This document shows positions 9,821 to 19,318 of a stretch of 64,000 bases of DNA, one piece after another. Both the position numbers and the translations under genes were made by a program. This stretch comes from Longimicrobiales bacterium (GTDB taxonomy: Bacteria > Gemmatimonadota > Gemmatimonadetes > Longimicrobiales > Gaopeijiaceae). The notes under the pieces are model-generated. The model was not told where the DNA came from, made no database searches, and saw nothing but the letters and a program-made list of their open reading frames with translations. How positions within the stretch are numbered: position 1 is the stretch's first letter; each line of letters begins with the position of its first letter. The stretch lies in the NCBI GenBank assembly GCA_965249725.1, contig CBDFMQ010000002.1, positions 1,056,001 to 1,120,000 of the forward strand. Reading direction: 5' to 3'.

Positions 9821-12800
9821 TCACCAAGCATCCTGACGCTGCTGCGTGGTGTAGAAGACTATCCGCTCCTTCACGGGTTCATCCGTCAATCGGGTCCAGC
9901 AGGCGGCGTACATTTCGACCTGTTTACGGTACGTATTCTGCCGGTCCACAAAGTCGGGATCGGTGCCGATGTCCGTCTTATAGTCGGCGATGATCCAACC
10001 GTCCGATTCCCGAAAGGCGAGATCGATGACCCCCTCCACATAGCTCATCGTCCCTGCTTTCCCCGACCTCTCGGCGCTCTCCAGCTCCGGCATTCTGGTA
10101 GAGAACGGGATCTCCACGAGCGTCTGGTCCGCAGCCTGGGCCCGTTCCCAAAGTGACGACGCACGCACGACATCGACCAGCGCAACGAGTTCATCCAGCT
10201 CCGTGGGCTCCCCGCCCGAATCCAGAGGTCGCTCGTTTTCCAGGAGAAGGGCGCGGCCCACGGCTCTCAACTCCGCGGCCGTCAGCTCTGCCGCGGCCGC
10301 TGCGAGAACGCCGTGCACGACCGTTCCCCAACTGAATCCGCGAGAGCGGTGTGCCACCTCGTGATCACTAGAGCCACCCTCCGCCTCATCCGATGAGTCG
10401 GGCTCCGCGCTCACAATCCCGAAGTCCAGTGCGAACTGTGGCTCGGAGGCTGACGGCTGCTCCGCTGCCAACGGCTGCTCCACCACGAGAGGCGGCTCCG
10501 GGCCTCCTGTCTCCTTCGCTACGGAGGTCACCGAACGAAAGCGGTATCCCGGTCGACCCTTCTTGTCTCGCCTCACGTCCACGCCGACCCCCCGGTCCCG
10601 GACCGCTCTGCCCGCCTCTGCCAGAGTGGCCCTAGGAGGAGGCTCCTCTGCGACCATCGAGTCGAGCCGTACTCCACGTTCCTGCAACCAAGGATCGAGA
10701 AGCGCCCAGGGAGACGTGTCCTTCCCGTCGGCTCTTCTGGCCACGACCAGCTCGTCCTCCGCCCTGGTCGCGGCCACATACATGAGGCGGACACCCTCGG
10801 CCTCGGCGAACCGCTTCTCCGCGGCCTCCCGCTCGAACCAGTCCGGAGGCATCGCGTGTATGGTCCGGCTCCACTTCTTGCGGGTCTGGACGACCAGGTA
10901 TCCGGCCGCCGTACCGTCCTCCAGACGAGCCACGTGATGCTCTGGGTCCCTCGGGGTATCCGCTATCGGCGCGGCCAACACGACGACCGGGGCTTGGAGG
11001 CCCTTGGCCTTGTGAATGTTCATGATCCGTACGGCATCGGAGCGCCCGGGCTGAAGCGGCGCCTCGGGCTCCTTCGCTTCCAGGGCGAGACGCACCGCCT
11101 GAAGCGCTCCCGCAATGGACGTACTGCCCTCCAGGGTCGAGGACGCCACGGCGTCGAGGATGTACAGGAGCGCGCCGGAACGGATCTGGCCGAGCGGGCC
11201 CGACGCCGCATGAGGGAGGAGGCCTAGCTCGTCTACGATCCGGGCCAGCACGCCGTCCGCGGGAGCCCGACGCATCGCTTCCCACCATCCGTTGATCCGC
11301 TCCAGAGCCTTGGTCACCTCCGTATCCGGTTGGTTGTGCGGAGACGTGATCGTGAAGCGACCGCCCTTCACCCGGTGATCCAACAGTTGATCGAAATCGA
11401 GGCCGAAGAAGAGCCCGACCAGCACGGCCGCCAACTTCACGGGGTCCGTGGGATCGGCCAGGCACTCCAGAAGGCCCACCAACTCGGAGATCTCCTCTTC
11501 CTGCCCAACGGCCACGCCGGAGAGGGCGACGGGCAGCCCCCGCGCCTCGAGTTCTCGGGCATAGGGCTCGAGGTCCCTCCGGTACTTCGTGAGGATCAAG
11601 AAGTCGCCCGGCCTACGATCACCCTCCGGCCCGCACCGGCGGCTCACCCAGGTGGCCAGACGCGCAGCATCCTCGGCGACCAGGCCCTCCCTGTTGGTCT
11701 CTTCGACCAAGTAGTGGAACACGCCTCGGGGCTCATCGCCGGACTTTTGGTCGGGCTTCAAGCGCTGCGGAAGCAACGGGGCGAAAGACGCCTGATACGC
11801 CGTCGCCACCGACGGGAAGCCTTCCTGGCCCTCGAAGACGTCATTCACCAGCTCGGCAATGCCCGGCACCGAGCGGAAGTTCGCCTCCAACCCCAATACC
11901 CTGCCGAACGCACTGAATCGGTCCTTGACCGCGTTGTAGACCGTGATATCGGCTCGGCGGAACCGATAGATGCTTTGTTTGGGATCGCCCACGACGAAGA
12001 GGGCGCCTGGACGGGGCTCCAGTACCAGCCAGTGCTCGTCGGGCCCCCGGTCACTCGGCGCGGGCGGCGGCGCGGGTGGCGCGACGGCGGTCGCATCGCT
12101 CGCGTCGCTCAACGGCTCGGCGGCCAGGAGCATGAGAATCTCGGCCTGTACGGGATCGGTATCCTGAAACTCGTCGACCAGCACGCGACGGTACCGGATG
12201 CCGAGCTGCCGCCGGGCGTCAGGGCTGGACCGAAGCAGCGCCACGGTTAGCATGAGAAGATCCTGGAAGTTGAGCCTCCCGGTCCGGCGCCTCTCCGCCT
12301 CCCAGGCCTTGGCTGCCCCTACGACCATACGGATCGCCACGGCGTATCGGTGCATCTGCCACTGCAGCAGCAGACGGTGCGCGGGAGAGTCCACCGCAAC
12401 GAAATCACAAAACGCGTCCCTCAACTCCTTTGCCTTGGATTTGATGGCAGGGTCATCCGACCATCGGTTCAGGACGACCTTGTACGTCTTGCGGCCGGCC
12501 ACTTCGGAGAGGGCACTCAAGAACTCCAGGTTTGTGTCCCAGCCGATGATGCCAATCGAGTACCGGAGCGCGTTCACCTTGGTTTGGACGTCATCCCATC
12601 CCTTCTGAGGCTCCGCGTCGGGCATGATCTCCTCGGCCCGGGCCATGAGGGCGATGAGCTCCTCTCGAACAGCCGCAATGGCCTGCGAGTCGGGCTTGGA
12701 TATGGCTTCGGCCGGGAAGTCCACGTCCGGCTGCTCGCATACCTCCTGGAACAGGCGCTCGAGCTGACGCGGATGGAGTCCCACCTCCGAGAGGTGCCCC

Positions 12801-13279
12801 AGGACAGGATCTCCGTCGGCAGCCAACCTCTCCAGGTGGGCGGCCCAGAACTCCGCGGTGAACTTGACCGAAGCCTCTTCTGTCAACTCCTGGAAGCCCG
12901 GGTCGAGACCCGCCTCCAGGGGCCGCTCACGGAGGAGTCGCACGCAAAAGGCATGGATCGTCCCGATGAACAACTGATCCAGAGACGAAAGGGCCTGACG
13001 CAGCCTGACGACCTCGCTCGACCCCGGCGAGGCCTCCGCAAGCTCACTCTCGAGTTGTGCCTGAAAGCGCTCACGAAGCTCGCCCGCTGCCTTGCGAGTG
13101 AATGTCACAGCGGCAATCTCCGCCGCGGTCGCCGTACCCAGACGAATCAGCGCCACCATGCGTCTCAGTAGGGACGTCGTCTTCCCCGAACCCGCACCCG
13201 CCTCCACCAGGATGTTCGTGTCCAGATCCGTATCGATGTCGGTCCTGGCGGCCTGGTCCGGAAGGGTCGGCTTGTTCAC
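9821..13279 (-). CDS. addA: AddA-like UvrD helicase with C-terminal PD-(D/E)XK nuclease
   Basis: AGAGSGKT, TFTRKAA.EL, TIHAFC, VDEFQDT, VGDPKQSIYRFR, IHKAKGL, YVAATRA; nuclease GVIDL..ADYKT..QVEMY; GTGA overlap with addB stop and GGAGGA SD. Confidence 0.9.
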   Translation of the reverse strand: MNKPTLPDQAARTDIDTDLDTNILVEAGAGSGKTTSLLRRMVALIRLGTATAAEIAAVTFTRKAAGELRERFQAQLESELAEASPGSSEVVRLRQALSSLDQLFIGTIHAFCVRLLRERPLEAGLDPGFQELTEEASVKFTAEFWAAHLERLAADGDPVLGHLSEVGLHPRQLERLFQEVCEQPDVDFPAEAISKPDSQAIAAVREELIALMARAEEIMPDAEPQKGWDDVQTKVNALRYSIGIIGWDTNLEFLSALSEVAGRKTYKVVLNRWSDDPAIKSKAKELRDAFCDFVAVDSPAHRLLLQWQMHRYAVAIRMVVGAAKAWEAERRRTGRLNFQDLLMLTVALLRSSPDARRQLGIRYRRVLVDEFQDTDPVQAEILMLLAAEPLSDASDATAVAPPAPPPAPSDRGPDEHWLVLEPRPGALFVVGDPKQSIYRFRRADITVYNAVKDRFSAFGRVLGLEANFRSVPGIAELVNDVFEGQEGFPSVATAYQASFAPLLPQRLKPDQKSGDEPRGVFHYLVEETNREGLVAEDAARLATWVSRRCGPEGDRRPGDFLILTKYRRDLEPYARELEARGLPVALSGVAVGQEEEISELVGLLECLADPTDPVKLAAVLVGLFFGLDFDQLLDHRVKGGRFTITSPHNQPDTEVTKALERINGWWEAMRRAPADGVLARIVDELGLLPHAASGPLGQIRSGALLYILDAVASSTLEGSTSIAGALQAVRLALEAKEPEAPLQPGRSDAVRIMNIHKAKGLQAPVVVLAAPIADTPRDPEHHVARLEDGTAAGYLVVQTRKKWSRTIHAMPPDWFEREAAEKRFAEAEGVRLMYVAATRAEDELVVARRADGKDTSPWALLDPWLQERGVRLDSMVAEEPPPRATLAEAGRAVRDRGVGVDVRRDKKGRPGYRFRSVTSVAKETGGPEPPLVVEQPLAAEQPSASEPQFALDFGIVSAEPDSSDEAEGGSSDHEVAHRSRGFSWGTVVHGVLAAAAAELTAAELRAVGRALLLENERPLDSGGEPTELDELVALVDVVRASSLWERAQAADQTLVEIPFSTRMPELESAERSGKAGTMSYVEGVIDLAFRESDGWIIADYKTDIGTDPDFVDRQNTYRKQVEMYAACWTRLTDEPVKERIVFYTTQQRQDAW

Positions 13280-16200
13280 CTGTCCTCCCATTCCCTTATG
13301 CGACGAAGCCCGGCGTATTCCTCGAGCATGAGCATATTGCGCTCCCCCCAGTCGGCCATCGGCGAGGTATAGCTCCAGTCACCGGAAGAGACCTTGCAGA
13401 CGGACCTGAAGTCGCAGATACCGCAGTCTGCCGGGTCATTGGTCGGCAGGAGCCGTCCCGAGGCCACCTGATCCAGCATCACCTCCAACAACTCCACTCC
13501 AGTGCGAAGTGCGTCGCGGCTGAATCGCCGTTCCTCGTTCTGCCCTCGGGCCGTCGGAAAAACATACGAGACGTCGGCTACCGGCTCGCCCAACAGCCGT
13601 TCTGCGACCTCGGCGTAGATCACGTGCTGCATACGCCGGCCTCCATTGAACACGGCCGATGCGGGTGTGAAACCGAAGAGCGACCCCGTCTTGTAGTCGA
13701 GGATGTGAAGACCCTCTTCGTCCCGATCGACTCGGTCTACAGCGCCCTGAATCGAGATCGAACCCCGACCTATCGGCACCTCCACCGAAGGGGCATCGTC
13801 GCGCCCGAACTTCATTTCGAGCCGAACCCACGGTGCGCCGCGCTCCCGCACGAAACAGACGAAGGACCGCACGTCCTCCTTCAGGCCCGCTAGACCGTGC
13901 GCATAAACGGCCTCGTTGGGGACCGGCACGACGGCTCTCAAGCTGGTCGCCTCCTGCTCAATCATCTCGATCGCCACGCTGATGAAACCAGGGTCCTCCG
14001 GTTTGAGAGTCCGCTCCCGAGCGGTCGCCAGCGTCCTTTCGAAGACACGGTGGAGCAACGCGCCCCGCTGCAAGTGGTCCAGCCAGCGTTCCGGGTCGAA
14101 CGTCGGATCCTCCTGAGGACGTAAACCGATGCCGTAGCGAAGGAGGTATCGGAGCGGGCAGGTGCCCAGCGCTTCCAGGCGGGTAGCCGAGGCCAAGAGA
14201 AGCGGATTCGCGCGCGGGTCCATCAACTCCGGGCGAGGTGTCACCAACCCGTGGTGTGCCGAAGCACGATCGAGGGTTCGGCGGTGCCTGGCCTCCAGTC
14301 CGCTCCTCAGCCCGGGAAAGGCCTCGGCCAACGCATCCCCGGCTTGCAGCAGTACGCCGTCCCTACCCAACGCATCGAACCACACGTCGATGCTGTCCAA
14401 AGGCCCGAACCGTGGAATCGCACAGACCGGCTCTCCCACCGACTCGTGAAAGTCCTTGAAGGTGGCATCGGGTCTAGCCTTCCAGAGCCTGAACATGTCG
14501 AGGAGCACCGACGACGGTTGAACGACCCTGGCCTCCGCCGAGTCCCAGGCCGTGTAGCTGGCGGTGACACGGCCCCGCGTCTTGGCAAGGAGCCCTGCCA
14601 ACTGAAAGCGCCTCTCCGAGAGCCTGTCCGCGGAAGTGGGCAGTCCCGAAGCCAATTCCTTGCGATCGACATCGAGCAAGATCGGGTCCTGGACTCCAGC
14701 CCCCGGAAAGCGACCTGCATCCAACCCGACGACGAAGGTGGCTTTTCTGCCGGTGTATCCCCCGTGGGCCAGGTCGGTGAGATGAACGTGGCCGCCCGAG
14801 GACTTCCACGGCGGGGATCCTTCGTCCCACGCAGCTCGAACCCGGATGTCCAAGTGGCTGCGAAGCGCGGCCATCGCCGAATCGAACGCCGTTTTGCGGG
14901 TGAGAGTCTCCGCGATCCGCGCGAGACGCCCGAGCAGATCCTCCCGGGCCACTACGTCGGCGCCTTCTCCCTCGGGCACCAGACGCAAGAAAGCCTGAAC
15001 GCCCCGGGCCAGCTCCGCTGCCGATACACTACCGCTCTCCAGAACGAGCGGTTGGGGTGTCCACGGGGTGGACGTCTCCAAGACGTCGACGAGGGCCCCC
15101 AGGGCCTTCAACTCACGTACGCGGTGCTCCCCGCGCGCCTGGGCCTCCTCCGGAGTTTCGTCCCTGAAAGGCCTCACCTTGCCCCCATCAACCTCCTCCT
15201 GGGCGAGCATTTGGGCGCTCTGTACCGCAGGCAGATACCTGGTCCGTCCCCACCCGATGCGGAGACGGCGAAGGCGTCGGGACAGTGCCGCGGAGGATAC
15301 ATCCTCGTAGCCCGACGGCGCCGCGAGGTCACCGGCCTCGAATAGCCCGCGAAGGACCTCTGCGGGAAAACCGCCCTCGATCCAGCGTAGGTAGGCATCC
15401 ATGGCCCGCCCCGGTCGGGTGCGGCCGATGGCGAGTCCCACGCCAAAGCTGCAGGGCACCTGTAGTTGGCGGGACAAGGCGTCCAGAGCCGGCCCGTAGG
15501 TGGCCGGATCGGGAGTGACGATCTCGACGTCGTCCCATCGAAGACCACTCAGCATGGTGCGACGCAGCACCTCCCGGAGCTCGTCGCGGACGCTCGCGGC
15601 GGAGAACATCTCCACATCAGGCCGATCATCCTCATCTGGTGCCTGGTCGGGTGCGTGCAGGAAGGAGAACCGGCCCCTCGCTGGGACCGCCTTCCAGACC
15701 ATCCCCTCCGGCGGACGCATTCCAACGACGGGATCGGTAGCCAGCATTCTCGCGCCCTGCTGCTGGAGGGCATCGATGAACCGGCCGCCGACACCCCTCG
15801 AGCTCAGCCCCGGCAAGAGAAAGACGTGGGCTCCGTCCACCTCACTCGATCCGCCTCGACCGACGACCTCGGTCGCCCGGCGCAGCACCTCGCTCGGGTC
15901 CGCTACCTCTCGCTCGGCCAACGTCGTCTCGTATACCCCGAGCACTTCGGCGAGAAAGGCCCGTCGTGAAGAGCGGGCCTCGATCGCATCAGGGATGACG
16001 CCCACCGGGGCTACACCCACCGGGGCTACACCCGCCGGGGCTACACCCGCCGGGGCTACACCCACCGGGGCTACCCCCACCGGAGCTACACCCGCCATCC
16101 TCAAAGCCGACACGACGTCCAGTACGGCCTCACGAAAACCCACACCGTGTTCGAGAAGGGCGAGGTCCGGCCACTGATCGGTCGCGAACACGCTATCCAT

Positions 16201-16473
16201 GGCCCGATCCACGAGAGCCCGCTGTCCGAATTCGTCGAGGGTCGTCAGACCCGCGGCCGCCAAGTGCGGGCCAGCCAGTTGAGCCGCCAACCGACCCGGC
16301 GTCGTGACCGCAAAGCCCATCCAGCCTCCCTCGTGGAGAGAGCGCGCGCGAAGTAGCTCACTACCCTCTCCGAACGTCGTAGAGACCAGGACCTTCCGGG
16401 AGAACGGGTGGGCCTTGGCCACGCGGCCAAGGGAATCGAGGAGCGCAAACCGGGGGCCGTGTCGCTCCCGCAC
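13276..16473 (-). CDS. addB: AddB-like inactive-helicase/PD-(D/E)XK nuclease with Fe-S staple
   Basis: SATRLEALGTCP plus CGICDFRSVC (4 Cys); GAVDRVD, LDYKTG, QHVIY; paired with addA. Confidence 0.85.
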   Translation of the reverse strand: MRERHGPRFALLDSLGRVAKAHPFSRKVLVSTTFGEGSELLRARSLHEGGWMGFAVTTPGRLAAQLAGPHLAAAGLTTLDEFGQRALVDRAMDSVFATDQWPDLALLEHGVGFREAVLDVVSALRMAGVAPVGVAPVGVAPAGVAPAGVAPVGVAPVGVIPDAIEARSSRRAFLAEVLGVYETTLAEREVADPSEVLRRATEVVGRGGSSEVDGAHVFLLPGLSSRGVGGRFIDALQQQGARMLATDPVVGMRPPEGMVWKAVPARGRFSFLHAPDQAPDEDDRPDVEMFSAASVRDELREVLRRTMLSGLRWDDVEIVTPDPATYGPALDALSRQLQVPCSFGVGLAIGRTRPGRAMDAYLRWIEGGFPAEVLRGLFEAGDLAAPSGYEDVSSAALSRRLRRLRIGWGRTRYLPAVQSAQMLAQEEVDGGKVRPFRDETPEEAQARGEHRVRELKALGALVDVLETSTPWTPQPLVLESGSVSAAELARGVQAFLRLVPEGEGADVVAREDLLGRLARIAETLTRKTAFDSAMAALRSHLDIRVRAAWDEGSPPWKSSGGHVHLTDLAHGGYTGRKATFVVGLDAGRFPGAGVQDPILLDVDRKELASGLPTSADRLSERRFQLAGLLAKTRGRVTASYTAWDSAEARVVQPSSVLLDMFRLWKARPDATFKDFHESVGEPVCAIPRFGPLDSIDVWFDALGRDGVLLQAGDALAEAFPGLRSGLEARHRRTLDRASAHHGLVTPRPELMDPRANPLLLASATRLEALGTCPLRYLLRYGIGLRPQEDPTFDPERWLDHLQRGALLHRVFERTLATARERTLKPEDPGFISVAIEMIEQEATSLRAVVPVPNEAVYAHGLAGLKEDVRSFVCFVRERGAPWVRLEMKFGRDDAPSVEVPIGRGSISIQGAVDRVDRDEEGLHILDYKTGSLFGFTPASAVFNGGRRMQHVIYAEVAERLLGEPVADVSYVFPTARGQNEERRFSRDALRTGVELLEVMLDQVASGRLLPTNDPADCGICDFRSVCKVSSGDWSYTSPMADWGERNMLMLEEYAGLRRIREWEDR
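16001..16096. repeat. In-frame 15-bp tandem repeat x~6.4 inside addB (encodes GVAP[V/A])
   Basis: Unit CCC[A/G]CCGGGGCTACA. Confidence 0.95.
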
Positions 16474-16476
16474 CGG

Positions 16477-17892
16477 TTAGACGGCTTCCCTCACGACCAG
16501 GGACTCGGGGATCGTAATCCTGAAGGTCGATCCCTCTCCAAGGGTGCTCTGGGCCGTGAGGTCCATGCCCATGAGCTCGCATAGCGACCGGGAGATAGCC
16601 AAACCCAGACCGGCGCCGTAGTGCACCCGCGAAGTCCCACCGTCGCCTTGCTCGAATGCGTCGAAAATGGTCGCCAGTCGATCCGACGGAATCCCGATTC
16701 CCGTGTCCACCACACGGATTCCTTGGGGCACACCCTCCTTGGCGTCCATGATCACCTTGATGGATCCTTCGTCGGTGAACTTGATGGCGTTACCGACGAG
16801 TTTGATCAGAATCTGACGCAGCCGAGATTCGTCGGCTCGAACCCGAAACGGTGCATCCGGCGTCTCGACCTGAACGGCCACGTCTTCCATCAGGCCCCAA
16901 TCGTCGAGCTGATCCACGGTCTCCCGAATGAGGGATCCCACCTCCACCTCTTGGAACTCCAACGCGAGGTCGCCGTCTTCGATACGAGCCAGGTCCAGAA
17001 GGTCGTTGATGAGGTTCAGGAGGTGCATCGCATTGACGCGTATGCGCTGCAGGTAGTCCAGGTCCCGGGACTCGAGGCTCAGGTGTTTGTTCTTGAGCAG
17101 CACGTTGGAGAACCCCAACACCGAGTGGAGAGGGGTCCGAAGCTCATGGCTCATTCGGCCGAGGAACTCGCTCTTGGCCTCATTCGCTTCTTCGGCCTTA
17201 CGGCGAGCCGCGTCGAGCTCAATGGACTGCTCCTCCAGCCTCAGGATGAGGTCCTTGGCCGCGTGCGTCTTCTCTTGTTGGTGCCACGGGCCTTCGGCGA
17301 TGAGCACCATGAAGATGTTCATGGTAGCCAGAACGATCAGCTTGGCTACCTCGGCACCCCACACCACGTCCTGACCCGCAACCGAGGTCCAATAGGCGAG
17401 CAGCCCGGCATAGGCGAAGGGACCCAGGGCAGCCATCACCCGCGCCCGCGCCCGATTCAGCCAGAGCTGATCCGCGGTGTGCAGCAGAAAGACCGGCCAA
17501 AGCAGGCTCTGCGGCCCACCACTGGCGGTAATGGCCCAGCACCACGTCAGGAGATCGAAGATGAGGAAGACATCACCGAGATGAACTGCCGTAATGCGTG
17601 TGAAATACGCCCGCAACAGCCCCCAGGAAACGAGGCAGTACAGCTCCAGGCCGATGACCAGAGGCAGGTACGTGGCGAAGTCCAACTCCCCGAAGACGAG
17701 GAGGTTGTGGACCGCCACAACGAAGAGGAGGACGTTGGACCCGATGAGGCGGAGAGAGGGGACCCGGATGACGTTGAAGCGATAGAGGCCCGGAAGGTCC
17801 TCCCGGTCCGCCTCTTCTAGGTCAAGCGATCGCTCTACCTCTTCGACGGGATGGACCTCGAAAGAGGAGTCGTTGCTGGTATCCACACTCAT
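16477..17892 (-). CDS. Membrane sensor histidine kinase (HisKA + HATPase, no receiver domain)
   Basis: Several TM helices; KSEFLGRMSHELRTPL, GNAIKFT, DTGIGI, FEQ, GAGLGLAI. Confidence 0.92.
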   Translation of the reverse strand: MSVDTSNDSSFEVHPVEEVERSLDLEEADREDLPGLYRFNVIRVPSLRLIGSNVLLFVVAVHNLLVFGELDFATYLPLVIGLELYCLVSWGLLRAYFTRITAVHLGDVFLIFDLLTWCWAITASGGPQSLLWPVFLLHTADQLWLNRARARVMAALGPFAYAGLLAYWTSVAGQDVVWGAEVAKLIVLATMNIFMVLIAEGPWHQQEKTHAAKDLILRLEEQSIELDAARRKAEEANEAKSEFLGRMSHELRTPLHSVLGFSNVLLKNKHLSLESRDLDYLQRIRVNAMHLLNLINDLLDLARIEDGDLALEFQEVEVGSLIRETVDQLDDWGLMEDVAVQVETPDAPFRVRADESRLRQILIKLVGNAIKFTDEGSIKVIMDAKEGVPQGIRVVDTGIGIPSDRLATIFDAFEQGDGGTSRVHYGAGLGLAISRSLCELMGMDLTAQSTLGEGSTFRITIPESLVVREAV

Positions 17893-18062
17893 CGATCGGT
17901 GGACATCCTCTGGGCGGGAGGTGCATGCGGTTTCAGTGAGCGAATCCGGTCAATCTGCCGAATCTCAGCAAAGAGTAGGTCGGCCCACCGGGAGACGCCA
18001 GATCCCCCGCCTCCCCACAGGCCCTTGTCTTTGCGCCTACCCCTCTCCAATACTGTTCGTGT

Positions 18063-19292
18063 ATGACAACACTGCTCTGGGTCCTCGGGGTATCCCTCTC
18101 CATCTCCTTCCTGTGTTCCGTTTTGGAGGCCGTACTCCTCTCGGTAACACACTCCTATGTCGAGCTTCTCCGCGAGCAGGGGTCCAGGGCCGGAGACTAC
18201 CTGAGCGCGATGCAAGAGCGCATCGACGAGCCCATCGCCGCGATCCTGACCCTCAACACCATCGCGCACACCGCGGGTGCCGCGCTCGGAGGCTCCATCG
18301 CGGCGCGCGTCTTCGGCGAGACCTGGATTGGTGTATTCACGGGCGTGTTGACCCTCATCATCCTGCTCTTTTCGGAGATCGTGCCGAAGACGATCGGTGC
18401 CACGTTCTGGCAACAGTTGGGGAGGCCGTCGGCGCACGTTCTTCGATGGATGGTCTTCCTCATGAAGCCGATCCTGGTGCCCTTGAATCTGTTCAGCCAG
18501 ATGCTCAGAGGCTCCAGGGGCTCCACGACGAGCCGCGCCGAGCTCGAGGTTCTCGCCCAGATCGGATACAGCGAGGGCACGATCGACGAGGATGAGTGGA
18601 AGGTCGTGACCAACGTGATCCGGCTCGATGAGGTCACGGTCGGGGAAGTGATGACCCCGCGGACCGATATGATCGCGGTACCGGGCGACGCCACGGTGCA
18701 AGAGGCCATGACGATCATGCTAGACGAGGGGCACCTCCGTCTGCCCGTCTACGACGACACGATGGACAAGATCGAGGGGCTGCTCGTGGCGAGGGACCTT
18801 TGGCGGGGTGATCGCGAGGGGCGGGAGGACATCTCGGACATCGTGCGTCCGATCCAGTTCATTCCGACCACCAAGCTCGTGGAAGACCTCATCCCGGAGA
18901 TGCGGACCAACCGGACGAAGATGGCCATCGTCGTCGACGAGTTCGGCGGAACAGCCGGGTTGGTCACGCTCGAAGACCTCATCGAAGAGATCATCGGAGA
19001 AATCCAAGATGAGCATGAGGAGGACGAACCTCTGCACTTCCAGGAACTATCCGACGGTTATGTCCGAATCTGGGGTGGCGTACCGGTCCGGGAAGTCAAC
19101 GACCGGCTGGACCTGAATCTGCCCGAGGATCCGCACGACACCTTGGGCGGCTTTGTGTTCGGCGCCCTGAACCGAGTCGGACGCTCTGGTGACGTCGTGG
19201 AAGTCGACGGGGGGCGCCTTCGCATCACCAAGATGCGGGGTCGCCGCGTCGAGTACGTCGTGTGGGTCCCCGGTCTCGCCGAGGAGCTCTAG
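18063..19292 (+). CDS. CNNM/hemolysin-family protein (DUF21-CBS-CBS-CorC)
   Basis: SFLCSVLEA, ILTLNT, SEIVPKT, VMTPR, VVDEFGGTAGLVTLEDLIEEIIGEI, TLGGFV. Confidence 0.93.
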   Translation: MTTLLWVLGVSLSISFLCSVLEAVLLSVTHSYVELLREQGSRAGDYLSAMQERIDEPIAAILTLNTIAHTAGAALGGSIAARVFGETWIGVFTGVLTLIILLFSEIVPKTIGATFWQQLGRPSAHVLRWMVFLMKPILVPLNLFSQMLRGSRGSTTSRAELEVLAQIGYSEGTIDEDEWKVVTNVIRLDEVTVGEVMTPRTDMIAVPGDATVQEAMTIMLDEGHLRLPVYDDTMDKIEGLLVARDLWRGDREGREDISDIVRPIQFIPTTKLVEDLIPEMRTNRTKMAIVVDEFGGTAGLVTLEDLIEEIIGEIQDEHEEDEPLHFQELSDGYVRIWGGVPVREVNDRLDLNLPEDPHDTLGGFVFGALNRVGRSGDVVEVDGGRLRITKMRGRRVEYVVWVPGLAEEL

Positions 19293-19318
19293 TCCCCGAC
19301 CCCGGCGCCATATCGAGT

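Noticed and set aside
16001..16096. Tandem repeats (also at 32391, 37031, 53944) as CRISPR arrays
   Set aside because: Units are 11-18 bp, contiguous with no unique spacers, mostly in coding frame; no cas genes.
9821..16473. Helicase-nuclease pair as a novel defence system or Cas4-like module
   Set aside because: Architecture, order and Fe-S staple match ordinary AddAB in a housekeeping context.
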